Position numbers and translations under genes: made by a program. From Patescibacteria group bacterium (GTDB lineage Bacteria > Patescibacteriota > Patescibacteriia > JACRDY01), in assembly GCA_041650515.1 (NCBI GenBank), contig JBAZLA010000002.1, forward strand, positions 167,659 to 231,658: a DNA stretch of 64,000 bases, read 5' to 3'. Every line of letters starts with the position of its first letter. Position 1 is the first letter of the stretch. Positions 53,330-63,190 of the stretch are shown in pieces. The notes under the pieces were generated by a model, which was not told the DNA's origin, did no database searches, and saw only the letters and a program-made list of their open reading frames with translations.

Positions 53330-53875
53330 ATGCGTAAAAGTTATCATCGTCGCCCCGCTCCGATCGCTCAACCCCTTTATCGGGTTAACGAAAGAATTCG
53401 CGTACCACAAGTTAAATTAATTGATGAGAGCGGCCAAATGGTCGGCGTGGTTAGTATCGAAAAAGCCCTCCAGATGGCCCACGACGTCGAGATGGATCTC
53501 GTCGAAGTTTCACCCAAAGATAACCCGCCAGTAGTCAAAATTTTAGACTACGGCCAATTCAAATACCGCAAAGAAAAGGAACAAAAGCAACAAAAGACTA
53601 AACAAAAAGCTAGCGAGACTAAGGGTGTCCGTCTATCTTTCCGCATCGGCCAACACGACCTGGATATCCGTCTCAATCAAGCCAAAAAATTTTTAGAAGA
53701 CAAGGATAAAGTCAAAATCGAAATGATGCTTAAAGGCCGCGAACGTCAACACGGCGACCAAGCCAGGGAAATTATTAATCAGTTTATCAAAAACCTAGGT
53801 GATGGAATCGGAATAGAACAACCGCTGACTAAACAAGGCGGTAAACTAATCGTCATTATTGCTCCTAAATTGTAA
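53330..53875 (+). CDS. infC: Translation initiation factor IF-3
   Basis: 181 aa. INERIRVPQVKLIDESGQMVGVVS...MDLVEVSP...PPVVKILDYGQFKY are IF3 N- and C-domain signatures. infC-rpmI-rplT operon order. Confidence 0.9.
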   Translation: MRKSYHRRPAPIAQPLYRVNERIRVPQVKLIDESGQMVGVVSIEKALQMAHDVEMDLVEVSPKDNPPVVKILDYGQFKYRKEKEQKQQKTKQKASETKGVRLSFRIGQHDLDIRLNQAKKFLEDKDKVKIEMMLKGRERQHGDQAREIINQFIKNLGDGIGIEQPLTKQGGKLIVIIAPKL

Positions 53876-53899
53876 ACCAATAATTAATGAGATATCTAT

Positions 53900-54097
53900 A
53901 TGTCTAAATTAAAAACCCATAAAAACGTTGCTAGCCGGATTAAGATCACAAAAAATGGTAAAATGTTTATTCGCAAGGGTGGCCAAGATCATTTTAATGC
54001 TCGCGAATCAGGCAAAGTCACTATAGCTAAAAGACGGAATCATCGTCTAGCCAAAACCGAAGAAAACACCATCAAAAAGCTTCTCCCGTATTCTTAA
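53900..54097 (+). CDS. rpmI: 50S ribosomal protein L35
   Basis: 65 aa. MSKLKTHKNVASRIKITKNGK is the L35 signature. Confidence 0.9.
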   Translation: MSKLKTHKNVASRIKITKNGKMFIRKGGQDHFNARESGKVTIAKRRNHRLAKTEENTIKKLLPYS

Positions 54098-54137
54098 CCT
54101 TTAAACTTGCTATTTAACTTTTTAAATTTGTTATTTT

Positions 54138-54485
54138 ATGCCCCGAGTCAAAAGAGGAGTCCTCAGAATCAAAAAAAGAAAAGCTCTACGCCAAAAAGCT
54201 AAAGGTTTTCGCGGCCGGAATAAAAACCTAATCCGCATGGCCCGTCCGACGGTCACCAAAGCCGGTAAACAAGCTTTTGCTGGTCGCCGCGTCCGCAAAC
54301 AAGAAATGCGCCAGCTTTGGCAGATTCGGATCAACGCCGCCGCCCGCCTACATGGTCTAACTTACAGCAAATTAATGGCTGGACTCAAAAAGAATAAAAT
54401 TGACATCGACCGCAAAATTCTCGCTCAGCTAGCTAACGAACAGCCAAAGATTTTTACCGCTATCATCGAAGCTGCCAAAAAATAA
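54138..54485 (+). CDS. rplT: 50S ribosomal protein L20
   Basis: 115 aa. MPRVKRGVLRIKKRKALRQKAKGFRGR is the L20 signature. Terminator at 54498-54528. Confidence 0.92.
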   Translation: MPRVKRGVLRIKKRKALRQKAKGFRGRNKNLIRMARPTVTKAGKQAFAGRRVRKQEMRQLWQIRINAAARLHGLTYSKLMAGLKKNKIDIDRKILAQLANEQPKIFTAIIEAAKK

Positions 54486-54497
54486 ACTTCAAACAAA

Positions 54498-54528
54498 AAT
54501 CGGCCCGCTAAATATCGGACCGATTTTT
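54498..54528. terminator. Bidirectional terminator after the infC-rpmI-rplT operon
   Basis: aaaatcggcccgctaaatatcggaccgattttt. Confidence 0.65.
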
Positions 54529-54539
54529 ATATTATTATT

Positions 54540-55820
54540 TTATTCATTAGCTGCCTTTTTATCCCTATCTGTCTCTAAACTATCAAGCAACAGTTCGCGT
54601 GCCTGAGGTAATAAATTTTTATTTTTACCCCGAGAATAAAGACGCATCTTCTCGGCAAAATCTCTTAACTTTTCTCTTGGCACCTTCAGACCATTGCCTA
54701 AATCAACTTCATCACCGGTCGGCGTTTGCCGAAAATTATTAAAAATTTGCTCCAAAACACTATTGGTTAAATAAGTAATTAATTCTACTTTGGGATTAAT
54801 TTCTTTCTTAAAACCTGACTTAGCCCGAGCGGACTTATCAACTTCAGCACGACTAGCTTTAAAAATATTTAATAACTCATGAGTGATCGACTCAACATCA
54901 GTTTTTAAGCCAGCAGTTTTCAAGGCCGCCATCAAATCGCTATCGGCTTGAATTCGCTCATTTAAACTAGCGCGGTCCTCAGTCAACGAGGATAGAAGAT
55001 TTAAAGCCCGAGTAGCGGCATTAAAATCCTTAAGATGTAAGGCGTCAACGAGACTACCACGGAATTGTTCCCATTCTTTTTCGGCCCGCTCCTGACGTTT
55101 ATGAGCTAGCTCCTGACGTTTACGCAGATGAGCAACTTCCGTTTCCTCAGGAGTTAATCGTTTTTTCTCTGGCTTGGTGGTGCTAAACCAACCACCGACT
55201 TTTTCTTTTATACTGCCCCATAAAGTTTTTTTAGGTTGAGCCGCTCGATATTCAACCAACTGCTCGGCAACACTTTTAGCTGGTTTAGCGATTTTGGTCT
55301 CATCAATTTTTTCACTTAATATCCAATCTTTTAGAATAAGGCCGGTCCGATAAATATCATCCAATTTAGATACTCGGTCGCGTTCATCTTTGATTTGGCT
55401 CAAACCCTTAAAACTCTGCAACCATTCGAGACGCTGCGCGGCTAAATGTGCTGGTACGACTTTACCACCAAAGTCCCGCATTAATTCCAAAATCTGATCA
55501 CGTAGAGCCTGCTCGGCTGGTGAATATTTTAATTCTTGTTTGGCAATATTATCAGCCGGCTGAGTCTCAATCTCTATTTCTATTTCTTCTGGCTGACCTT
55601 TCTTTTCGCTATCAAAGGGTCGTCCGCCACGGCGTTCGCGGATATTATTAACTGCCTCGGCCGAGGCCGGATATTCTGGATCGCCTGGTAAACTGCCCTC
55701 AAATCTTAACAACTTAGGCGCATCATGTCCTAACATTGGCTGGTTTTTACCGCCTTCGATCTTAGTCAATCTTGGTCTGGGTTGGATATCGCGTTCGGGA
55801 TTAATATAGGCTTCAGCCAT
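54540..55820 (-). CDS. Hypothetical charged (K/E/R-rich) soluble protein
   Basis: 426 aa. No recognisable motif. Flanked by terminator-like hairpins. Confidence 0.5.
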   Translation of the reverse strand: MAEAYINPERDIQPRPRLTKIEGGKNQPMLGHDAPKLLRFEGSLPGDPEYPASAEAVNNIRERRGGRPFDSEKKGQPEEIEIEIETQPADNIAKQELKYSPAEQALRDQILELMRDFGGKVVPAHLAAQRLEWLQSFKGLSQIKDERDRVSKLDDIYRTGLILKDWILSEKIDETKIAKPAKSVAEQLVEYRAAQPKKTLWGSIKEKVGGWFSTTKPEKKRLTPEETEVAHLRKRQELAHKRQERAEKEWEQFRGSLVDALHLKDFNAATRALNLLSSLTEDRASLNERIQADSDLMAALKTAGLKTDVESITHELLNIFKASRAEVDKSARAKSGFKKEINPKVELITYLTNSVLEQIFNNFRQTPTGDEVDLGNGLKVPREKLRDFAEKMRLYSRGKNKNLLPQARELLLDSLETDRDKKAANE

Positions 55821-56013
55821 ATTTTTAGCTAAAATTACTATTTTTTATACTTTTAATGTAACTTGTTGATAAGTTAATGTCAATCTGATACCAACCTTTA
55901 CATGATACCACAAATATAAAAAATAGTCAAGTTTGACACCTTCATTTAATTAAAATATAATAAGGCCGAACTACTCAGAATTGACTTAAAAATTTTAAAA
56001 ACAACCTGATGCT

Positions 56014-56089
56014 GGGTCCGTGGTGTAGTGGTTAACATGCCTCCCTGTCACGGAGGAGATCGCCGGTTCGAATCCGGTCGGGCCCGCCA
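56014..56089 (+). tRNA. tRNA-Asp (anticodon GTC)
   Basis: Cloverleaf is readable by eye. Acceptor GGGTCCG/CGGGCCC. Anticodon stem CCTCC/GGAGG with loop cTGTCAc. T-arm CCGGTTCGAATCCGG. 3' CCA is encoded. Confidence 0.9.
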
Positions 56090-56914
56090 TTAGGTTGTTT
56101 TTTTGTTTCTAAAAAATTGAACCAACCAAAATACCAGGATACCAACAAAAATTATTGCCGAGACCAATTGCGCCCAACGCACGCCAAAAACCACTGGCGA
56201 GCTATCCAACCGCAAAAACTCCATATTAAACCTAACTACCGAATACAGCAGCAAAAAGCTCAGGGTAATATTTCCTCTACTCACCCATCTTTTATCCTCT
56301 GTCCGGCCTAATCTCCGACGATGCAGGAGCATCAACACGCCAAATACTATCAAATCAAGCAAACTCTCATACAAAAACGTCGGGTGAAAATATTCAAAAT
56401 TCTGATACGCCGCTGGTCGGTTAAACCAACTGATACCAATCCCCCAAGGTAGATTGGTTGGCCGACCAAAAAGCTCCTGATTAAAATAATTACCCCACCG
56501 ACCAATAGCTAAACTCAGCGGCACGGCGGTCGCTATGATATCAGTTAATAAACCAAAAGAATATTTCTTCTGTCGACAATAAAAATACAAAGTTACTAAC
56601 GCGGCAATAATGGCACCATGGATGGCTAACCCACCCCGCCAGACCTTGATCACCTCCGACAAATGCTGGCTATAATATTCCCAAGAATACAAAACATAAT
56701 AAATCCGCGCACCGATTAGGCCAAAAATGATTAAATAAAAAAACAAATCATAGGCCTGGTTGACTGGTAAACTATACTTTTTGAATAAATAAACCACTAC
56801 TGCTAACCCAGCCAAAAACCCCAAAACTACCAACAGACCATACCAGTGGATGTTAACCGGCCCGAGGCTTAGTAAAGTCGGCGAAGGATAGTAACTATGG
56901 AACCAACTAATCAT
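56090..56914 (-). CDS. lgt: Prolipoprotein diacylglyceryl transferase
   Basis: 274 aa. VNIHWYGLLVVLGFLAG...GARIYYVLY...WRGGLAIHGAIIA...GRWGNYFNQELFGRPT are Lgt signatures. Confidence 0.85.
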   Translation of the reverse strand: MISWFHSYYPSPTLLSLGPVNIHWYGLLVVLGFLAGLAVVVYLFKKYSLPVNQAYDLFFYLIIFGLIGARIYYVLYSWEYYSQHLSEVIKVWRGGLAIHGAIIAALVTLYFYCRQKKYSFGLLTDIIATAVPLSLAIGRWGNYFNQELFGRPTNLPWGIGISWFNRPAAYQNFEYFHPTFLYESLLDLIVFGVLMLLHRRRLGRTEDKRWVSRGNITLSFLLLYSVVRFNMEFLRLDSSPVVFGVRWAQLVSAIIFVGILVFWLVQFFRNKKTT

Positions 56915-57560
56915 TTTTTTGTACCGCGATTAGATGCAAAATCTGCTGATTTAAACTCTGCCAACTGCTACCCAAGTTCTGCTCATTAATAAAAATAGCT
57001 GGCGCACTAGTCGCCCCTCGACTAGTAGCTTGTCCAGAATCAGCCGAGACGACCCTAGCAGTCGCCTGACTATCTAGACACTGATTAAAAACTGTCATTT
57101 CCAGACCTGAATCCTGGGCATAGCGTTTCAGATTATCACTACCAAAGGCCGGCGCTTTACGGAAGAGTATATCTGCATAAGGCCAAAACTTGTTCTGCTG
57201 ATTGGCGCACTCAGCAGCGATCGCAGCTAAAAAAGTATCATTACTCAACGGCAAATAGCGAAAATCTAGTCTCACTTGATCGCCAAAAAGTTGTTGAATT
57301 TTTTTTATCTCTTCGGTTGCCTGTCGACAATGAGGGCAACTAAAATCAACGTATTCAGTAATCACGATCGTTGCCTCCTTGCCGCCCAAAAAAGGCCGAT
57401 CGGTTTGTACTAGATCTTCTTGACTGGTTTTCACCGGCACCTTGCTACTAAGCCAAATTAAGGTAACAAAAATCAGGGCTAAGGTAATAAAAAAAATAAA
57501 TTTAGTCTGGGGTTTAAGCATAGCTGTGATCAGTATAGCAAAAACTGGATTGATTTTCAA
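56907..57560 (-). CDS. DsbA/thioredoxin-fold thiol:disulfide oxidoreductase, membrane-anchored
   Basis: 217 aa. TM anchor, and the CxxC active site FSCPHCRQ. Confidence 0.7.
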   Translation of the reverse strand: MKINPVFAILITAMLKPQTKFIFFITLALIFVTLIWLSSKVPVKTSQEDLVQTDRPFLGGKEATIVITEYVDFSCPHCRQATEEIKKIQQLFGDQVRLDFRYLPLSNDTFLAAIAAECANQQNKFWPYADILFRKAPAFGSDNLKRYAQDSGLEMTVFNQCLDSQATARVVSADSGQATSRGATSAPAIFINEQNLGSSWQSLNQQILHLIAVQKND

Positions 57561-57586
57561 AAGTACACTAAAAAATATAAACCCAG

Positions 57587-57746
57587 CGGGGGCTTGGGGG
57601 CAAGCTAGGCGCTAAGTCCCGCCCCGGCCTTTTCTGATTACGCCGAGAGGCGGGACGGATAAGGCAAACCGTTGACTAACAATGAATTGCGCCTAGCTTG
57701 CCCCCAAAACTTTTTTTGATTACTTTTTTAGTTATAAAAAAGTAAT
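57587..57746 (+). repeat. ~160-nt structured intergenic repeat, copy D
   Basis: GGGGGCTTGGGGGCAAGCTAGGCGC...GTCCCGCCCCGGCCTTTTCTGATTACGCCGAGAGGCGGGAC...GCGCCTAGCTTGCCCCCAAAACTTTTTTTGATTACTTTTTTAGTTATAAAAAAGTAAT. Perfect 17-bp closing helix. Confidence 0.85.
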
Positions 57747-57832
57747 TTTAGATAAAAAAAGTCCCCCGCCGAGTACACCACCAAAGCGCCGAAGCACTAT
57801 GGAGTGACTAGACAGGGGCAGGGACAAAGTCC

Positions 57833-58483
57833 CTAGTTTGGGCGGTCAGGATTCTGACGGCGTGCGCGGATTTTGTCCGCGTCAGCCACCAGATGCGCCC
57901 AGTAGGCGTGCCACCTCTCCAGCCAGATAGGGCCGTGTTCCCGGATCAGTCCAACCCCGCCGATCGAGGCCGCAAAGATCACGGTGAAAAACGTCCAGTC
58001 CGGCCAGAAGCCGTAAAGCCACGCCGGCGCGAAACGCCAGCAAGACAGCACGGCAATGGCGAAGAAGAACACCGGAGTTCCCAGCCAGAAACCGACGAAC
58101 AACCGGAAGTCATGGCTAGTGTGAATCACTACCCACTGGTAGATGTGGGAACGTCGCCAGGGGCGAGGCGACCATATCTTTTCCGTTGTTCGATGCAACT
58201 TCGGCCCATGGTAAGGCCGAATGAGCAGAACCAGACCGATGACCGTGGCGATGGCGCCAACGATAATCTGGTAGCTCCAGCCCTGCGGAGGCCGTGGCTC
58301 GCCCAGAACACCGGTCCAGTGGCTCCAAGCCACATAGACCAACCACAGCAACATCCCGCCGCCGAGGCTGAACCAGAAACCGACCGTCTGCTGCTTGTTC
58401 AGTTGCTTGGACACAGTAAACCTCCTTGCTCGATGATTGAGCGTAGGGACTACTCTTGGAACTGATTTATTGTACGCTACCAT
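57833..58483 (-). CDS. GC-rich polytopic membrane hypothetical protein
   Basis: 216 aa. Trp/Arg/Pro-rich, with about 4 TM helices. Composition by eye is clearly GC-richer than its neighbours. Flanked on both sides by copies D and E of the ~160-nt repeat. Confidence 0.45.
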   Translation of the reverse strand: MVAYNKSVPRVVPTLNHRARRFTVSKQLNKQQTVGFWFSLGGGMLLWLVYVAWSHWTGVLGEPRPPQGWSYQIIVGAIATVIGLVLLIRPYHGPKLHRTTEKIWSPRPWRRSHIYQWVVIHTSHDFRLFVGFWLGTPVFFFAIAVLSCWRFAPAWLYGFWPDWTFFTVIFAASIGGVGLIREHGPIWLERWHAYWAHLVADADKIRARRQNPDRPN

Positions 58484-58545
58484 TTTTTATAATTACTGTC
58501 AAGCATAAATTCAAAACCACTTTCTAAAAATCTAAGAAAATAAAC

Positions 58546-58705
58546 CCGGTTGGGGTCTGGGGAGAATACGGCGCAAAGTCCCGCCCCAACCTTTTCTGAT
58601 TACGCCGAGGGGCGGGACGGGTAGAACGATAAAAAGTTGAACAATGAATCGCGCCTTATGAGCCCCAGAGCTTTTTTGTTACTTTTTTGGCTTCAAAAAA
58701 GTAAA
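58546..58705 (+). repeat. ~160-nt structured intergenic repeat, copy E
   Basis: TTGGGGTCTGGGGAGAATACGGCGC...GTCCCGCCCCAACCTTTTCTGATTACGCCGAGGGGCGGGAC...TTGAACAATGAATCGCGCCTTATGAGCCCCAGAGCTTTTTTGTTACTTTTTTGGCTTCAAAAAAGTAAA. Shares the TTGAACAATGAATCGCGCCT(C/T)ATGAGCCCCAG block with copy A. Confidence 0.85.
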
Positions 58706-58904
58706 GAGGCTTCGTAGATGGGAAAGAGATCCTTCGCTTCGCTCCTGACACATGGGTCAGGAGCTACACTCAGGATGACGAATTAAAAAATTCTCAATGA
58801 CAACAAAAAACGGCCCCCTCGGACCGTTATTTTGAAATCTTGCTTTTTTTCTTGTCCTTCGGCTCCGCTCAGGACAGGCTTTATTGCTTTTTCAATTCTA
58901 TAAA

Positions 58905-58927
58905 CTCTGTACTGTGTACTAAGTACT
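58905..58927. repeat. Single-arm GTACTNN heptad array fused to the ppsA stop codon
   Basis: Coding strand: ATG AAA TAG TACTTAG TACACAG TACAGAG. Nearly identical to the sequence after the dprA stop. Confidence 0.6.
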
Positions 58928-61277
58928 ATTTCATTTTACTCACGGCCTGCCAAGTTTTTAAAACTGAATCGGAAGTCAGCGATAACGAATCAATCCCGGC
59001 TTTGACTAAAAATTTAGCAAAGTCTGGAAAGTCCGATGGCGCTTGGCCGCAGATACCAATTTTGCGTTTGGCTCGATGGGCTTCTTTAATCACCTGCTTA
59101 ACCATTATTTTGACCGCTTCATTGCGTTCGTTACCAACCGTAGAGACCAAAGTGGAATCACGATCAAGACCCAAAACTAATTGGGTTAAATCATTAGAAC
59201 CAATTGAAAAGCCATCAAAAATCTTAGCAAACTCCTTAGCCAAAATAACATTAGACGGAATCTCGCACATCACATAGAGTTCTAAACCATGCTGACCGCG
59301 TCGCAGACCGTTCTGAGCCATGATTTTAACCACCTTTTGTCCTTCTTCTGGCGTCCGACAAAAAGGAATCATCACCGTCACATTAGTTAGACCCATCTCT
59401 TCGCGCACCTTTTTGATTGCCTGACATTCTAATTCAAAAGCCGGCTGGTAACTCTCACTGTAATAGCGCGACGCGCCCCGCCAGCCAATCATCGGATTTT
59501 CTTCTTTTGGTTCGTAGAGCTTGCCGCCGATCATCGTCGCGTATTCATTAGTTTTGAAATCCGAAGTCCGGACAATCACTGTTTTGGGGTAAAAACCAGC
59601 CGCCAGCCGGGCAATACCATGCGCTAGACGATCAACAAAATATTCCCGCTTATCTTCGTAACCAACGGTTAGTTTATCAATTTTATTTCTCAATCGCCGG
59701 TCTTTAATCTTCTTATAATTTAATAAAGCCAGAGGATGAACCTTAATATAATTGGAAAAAATAAACTCTAATCGAGCTAACCCCACCCCGTCATTAGGAA
59801 TCTGACAATCAGTAAAGGCCAGCTCTGGGTTGCCAAGATTCATCATAATCTTGATTCTGGGCCGACCCAGTTTTTTAAGATTAATCTTGCGTACTTTGAA
59901 TGGCAATAACCCTTGGTAAACATTTCCCCGCTCGCCCTCGGCGCAACTAACCGTTACTTGATCCCCATTTTTAAGTTTACGGGTAGCGTTTTTAGTGCCA
60001 ACAATACAAGGAATGCCCAGTTCGCGGGAAACAATCGCTGCGTGAGATGTCCGGCCACCTTGATCAGTGACAATCGCCGCGGCCACTTTCATCACCGGTT
60101 CCCAATCTGGGTCAGTAATGGTGGTCACCAAAACTTCGCCACGCTTAAAACGACTAATCTCTCTGACATTTTTGATTACTCGCACGCCACCTTGACCGAT
60201 CTTAGAGCCAATAGCCAAACCAGACAAAATCGCCTTGCCTTTATGAGTTAAATAGTATTCTTCAAAAATATTCTGGTCCCGGGTTGACTCCACTGTTTCC
60301 GGCCGCGCTTGAACGATATAAAGCTTTTTATTCAGACCATCCTTAGCCCATTCAATATCCATGGGCATCTTATAATGCTGCTCAATAATTTGCCCCCACT
60401 TAGCGAGTTGATCGATCTCTCGATTATTCAAAACAAAACTCTGCCGTTGCTTTTTGGGCGTATTGATATTAATTGTCGCACCAGTCAAACCAAATTTATT
60501 TGCATAGATTAATGTTTTCTCCTTACTGCCTAGCTCTTTAGAAATAATCGCGTTGGTTTTTTTAAAATATAAATACTCATCAGGGACTACTCGGCCCTTA
60601 ACGACATTTTCCCCCAGCCCCCAGGCCGCATCAATCATCACCACATCGCGAAACCCCGAATCAGTATCCAGAGTAAACATTACGCCCGACGAGGCTAAAT
60701 CCGAACGCACCATTTTTTGCACGCCAACGGAAAGAGCCACCTGATTATGCAAAAAACCCTTATCCACTCGATAAGAAATCGCTCGATCAGTAAATAGTGA
60801 AGCAAAACAACGCTTGCAAGCTAGTAGAATATTCTCTTTACCTACGACGTTTAAAAAAGACTCTTGCTGACCAGCAAAAGAAGCGCCGGGCAGATCTTCA
60901 GCGGTTGCTGACGACCGCACGGCCACACTGCCACCGCCAAGCTTTTTATAATCAGCCAAAATTTGTTTTTCCAGATCGGCTGGCCAAGCACCAGCTAAAA
61001 TCAGTTGTCGGATCCGATTGCCGCGTCGGCTGAGATCTTTAACTTGCCTAATATTTAAACCAGCCAAAATTTGTTTGATTGGTTTTTCCAAAGAATTAAA
61101 GCGTAAGAAATAACGATAAGCCGCGGCCGTAATGGCAAAACCATCAGGAATACTAATACCCCGTTTAGTCAGCTTATTATACATTTCACCTAACGAAGCG
61201 TTCTTGCCGCCGGCTAAAGCTAGATCACCAATACCAATTTCCGAAAACCACAAGATTAATTGGTCTCTTTTAAACAT
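58926..61277 (-). CDS. ppsA: Phosphoenolpyruvate synthase (pyruvate, water dikinase)
   Basis: The ORF is tracked to 61313 with a probable start at the internal Met (MFKRDQLILWFSE) at 61277. PEP-utilising enzyme His domain GGRTSHAAIVSRELGIPCIVG. ATP-grasp N-terminal and PEP-binding TIM-barrel C-terminal (ICGQAPSD). Confidence 0.85.
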   Translation of the reverse strand: MFKRDQLILWFSEIGIGDLALAGGKNASLGEMYNKLTKRGISIPDGFAITAAAYRYFLRFNSLEKPIKQILAGLNIRQVKDLSRRGNRIRQLILAGAWPADLEKQILADYKKLGGGSVAVRSSATAEDLPGASFAGQQESFLNVVGKENILLACKRCFASLFTDRAISYRVDKGFLHNQVALSVGVQKMVRSDLASSGVMFTLDTDSGFRDVVMIDAAWGLGENVVKGRVVPDEYLYFKKTNAIISKELGSKEKTLIYANKFGLTGATININTPKKQRQSFVLNNREIDQLAKWGQIIEQHYKMPMDIEWAKDGLNKKLYIVQARPETVESTRDQNIFEEYYLTHKGKAILSGLAIGSKIGQGGVRVIKNVREISRFKRGEVLVTTITDPDWEPVMKVAAAIVTDQGGRTSHAAIVSRELGIPCIVGTKNATRKLKNGDQVTVSCAEGERGNVYQGLLPFKVRKINLKKLGRPRIKIMMNLGNPELAFTDCQIPNDGVGLARLEFIFSNYIKVHPLALLNYKKIKDRRLRNKIDKLTVGYEDKREYFVDRLAHGIARLAAGFYPKTVIVRTSDFKTNEYATMIGGKLYEPKEENPMIGWRGASRYYSESYQPAFELECQAIKKVREEMGLTNVTVMIPFCRTPEEGQKVVKIMAQNGLRRGQHGLELYVMCEIPSNVILAKEFAKIFDGFSIGSNDLTQLVLGLDRDSTLVSTVGNERNEAVKIMVKQVIKEAHRAKRKIGICGQAPSDFPDFAKFLVKAGIDSLSLTSDSVLKTWQAVSKMK

Positions 61278-61280
61278 AGA

Positions 61281-61345
61281 TATTTGTTCCAAATAACAAA
61301 TGGCAAATATCAAATATCAAATATCAAATATCAAATATCAGCAAT
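61281..61345. promoter_or_regulatory. CAAATAT heptad tandem array (x4) plus inverted ATATTTGTT half-site upstream of ppsA, downstream of pyk
   Basis: tatttgttccaaataacaaatggcaaatatcaaatatcaaatatcaaatatcagc. Related to the parAB intergenic palindrome. Confidence 0.55.
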
Positions 61346-62773
61346 CTTCACCAGATTAAGATTCTCCTTGCTACCGACTGGATAAGCCGAGGCAATGATA
61401 ATTTTATCTCCCTTTTTACCAATTTTTTCTTGATGAACTAGGCTCACCGCCTGCTGAATCAATTTATTGAGGTTATTTTGAACTTTGATTAATCGAGCTT
61501 CCACTCCCCAGACCAAAGTTAATTGTTGCTGAGTGGCCTGATCTTCGGTCATCACCAAAATTTTAGTCTCCGGCCGAAAGCGAGCAATGATTCTCGCCGT
61601 ATGGCCAGAATTAGTCGCGGCCACAATAGCTTTGATATGTAATTTTTTAACCAGATGGTGGATCGAATCCGCCGCCGCTACCGCTACCGACTCATAAGCT
61701 GGCAAGCTAGTTTCGAGTAAATCATCATAAGGAGAACTCTCGGTTCGACTAATAGTCTTAGCCATAATCGTTACGGCCTCGACTGGGAAATTACCCGTGG
61801 CTGTTTCGCCCGAAAGCATCACGGCATCGGTGTGGTCAATAACGGCATTAGCAACATCCGAAACTTCGGCCCTAGTTGGCCGAGGGTTAACCATCATTGA
61901 TTCGAGCATCTGGGTGGCCACAATCACCGGCTTGGCTACGGCCAAACATTTTTCAATAATTTTCTTTTGAATTAACGGGATCTGCTGCGCTGGCAACTCA
62001 ATACCCAGGTCGCCTCGCGCGACCATTACGCCATCAACTACGGCCAAAATTTGATCAAAATTATCGACTGCCTCTCGTCGCTCGATTTTGGCCATCACCT
62101 TAACTTGACTATGCGGCTGGTAGGTTTTAATTAATTTTCTTAAGGCAACCACATCTTTGGCTTCTTTAACAAAAGACAACGCCACCCAATCAACATTTTG
62201 CTTTAGGCCAAAACGCAAATCTTCTTTATCTTTGCTAGTAATTACATCGGCCTGAATTTTGACCCCAGGTACGTTCATCCCCCGGAAAGAAAAAATCGTC
62301 CCGCCCCGAACTACTACGCAAGAAATCAACGATGATAGTTTTTTAACCTTACGAACTTTTAGCTCAATTAAACCGTCACTAATCAAAATCTTGGAGCCGG
62401 GTTTGACCTCTTTAACTAAAGCCTCATATTGGATCGGCAAAATTTTATCGCTCGAAGCCGCTAGTAATTGATAGTTAATCTTTGATTCGGGGATTAGAAT
62501 AACCTTATCACCGCGCGCAATACTCAGACCAACTTGAGGCAATTTACCCACTCGAACGCGTGGACCCTGCAGATCCTGTAACAGCCCGACTGGCTGACCA
62601 AGCTTCCAACCCACCTCGCGGATATTTCTAATTAACAGTTCGTGATTTTTATAATTACCATGAGAAAAATTAAGCCGAGCCACATTCATGCCGGCATTAA
62701 TCATTTTTTCCAAAACTACCCGGCTTTCCGAAGCCGGCCCAATGGTACAAACAATTTTTGTTCGTTTAGTCAT
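61331..62773 (-). CDS. pyk: Pyruvate kinase
   Basis: 480 aa. MTKRTKIVCTIGPASESRVVLEKMINAGMNVARLNFSHG and MVARGDLGIE are PK signatures. Confidence 0.92.
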   Translation of the reverse strand: MTKRTKIVCTIGPASESRVVLEKMINAGMNVARLNFSHGNYKNHELLIRNIREVGWKLGQPVGLLQDLQGPRVRVGKLPQVGLSIARGDKVILIPESKINYQLLAASSDKILPIQYEALVKEVKPGSKILISDGLIELKVRKVKKLSSLISCVVVRGGTIFSFRGMNVPGVKIQADVITSKDKEDLRFGLKQNVDWVALSFVKEAKDVVALRKLIKTYQPHSQVKVMAKIERREAVDNFDQILAVVDGVMVARGDLGIELPAQQIPLIQKKIIEKCLAVAKPVIVATQMLESMMVNPRPTRAEVSDVANAVIDHTDAVMLSGETATGNFPVEAVTIMAKTISRTESSPYDDLLETSLPAYESVAVAAADSIHHLVKKLHIKAIVAATNSGHTARIIARFRPETKILVMTEDQATQQQLTLVWGVEARLIKVQNNLNKLIQQAVSLVHQEKIGKKGDKIIIASAYPVGSKENLNLVKIADI

Positions 62774-62785
62774 AGCATCTCTCCG

Positions 62786-62865
62786 TCATTGCGAGCGGAG
62801 CGAAGCAATCTCCCGGGTAACCAACCAGATTGCTTCGTCGCTTTGCTCCTCGCAATGACAATATA
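62786..62865. repeat. Palindromic element family 'TCATTGCGAG...CGAAGCAATCT', copy 2
   Basis: gtcattgcgagcggagcgaagcaatctcccgggtaaccaaccagattgcttcgtcgctttgctcctcgcaatgaca. Lies between the pyk start and the upstream gene's stop. Confidence 0.7.
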
Positions 62866-62868
62866 GCT

Positions 62869-63189
62869 TTATAAATTAATCTTCTCGGCGTAATTACCAA
62901 TTATTGGCATCTTCCAATACTCACCATTGAGAACTTTGACAATACCAATGATTGACACGACGACAAACACGATGGTGAATAGTGGCAGTAAAAACCAAAC
63001 CAATGAGCAAACTACTTCCAGGGCAAAAAGAATTAAGCCCTGTTTAGCGTGGAATTGGGCAAATTTACTCTCTTTCTTGCTAAGCAGCGGCACTAAACAT
63101 AGTACCCAAAAATAGCTTAAAGCAGCGACGATCTTATTATCGTCAATGTCTTTTTGGTCAACACTATTGACCTTCTTTTCTTCGGCCAT
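62869..63189 (-). CDS. Small membrane protein, hypothetical
   Basis: 106 aa. Three hydrophobic helices. Confidence 0.4.
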   Translation of the reverse strand: MAEEKKVNSVDQKDIDDNKIVAALSYFWVLCLVPLLSKKESKFAQFHAKQGLILFALEVVCSLVWFLLPLFTIVFVVVSIIGIVKVLNGEYWKMPIIGNYAEKINL

Positions 63190-63190
63190 A

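Noticed and set aside
61290-61345. CAAATAT x4 tandem array as a possible phase-variation microsatellite
   Set aside because: Only four 7-nt units in an intergenic position. It is better explained as part of the palindromic operator-like motif shared with the parAB gap, and there is no evidence of slippage-prone length.
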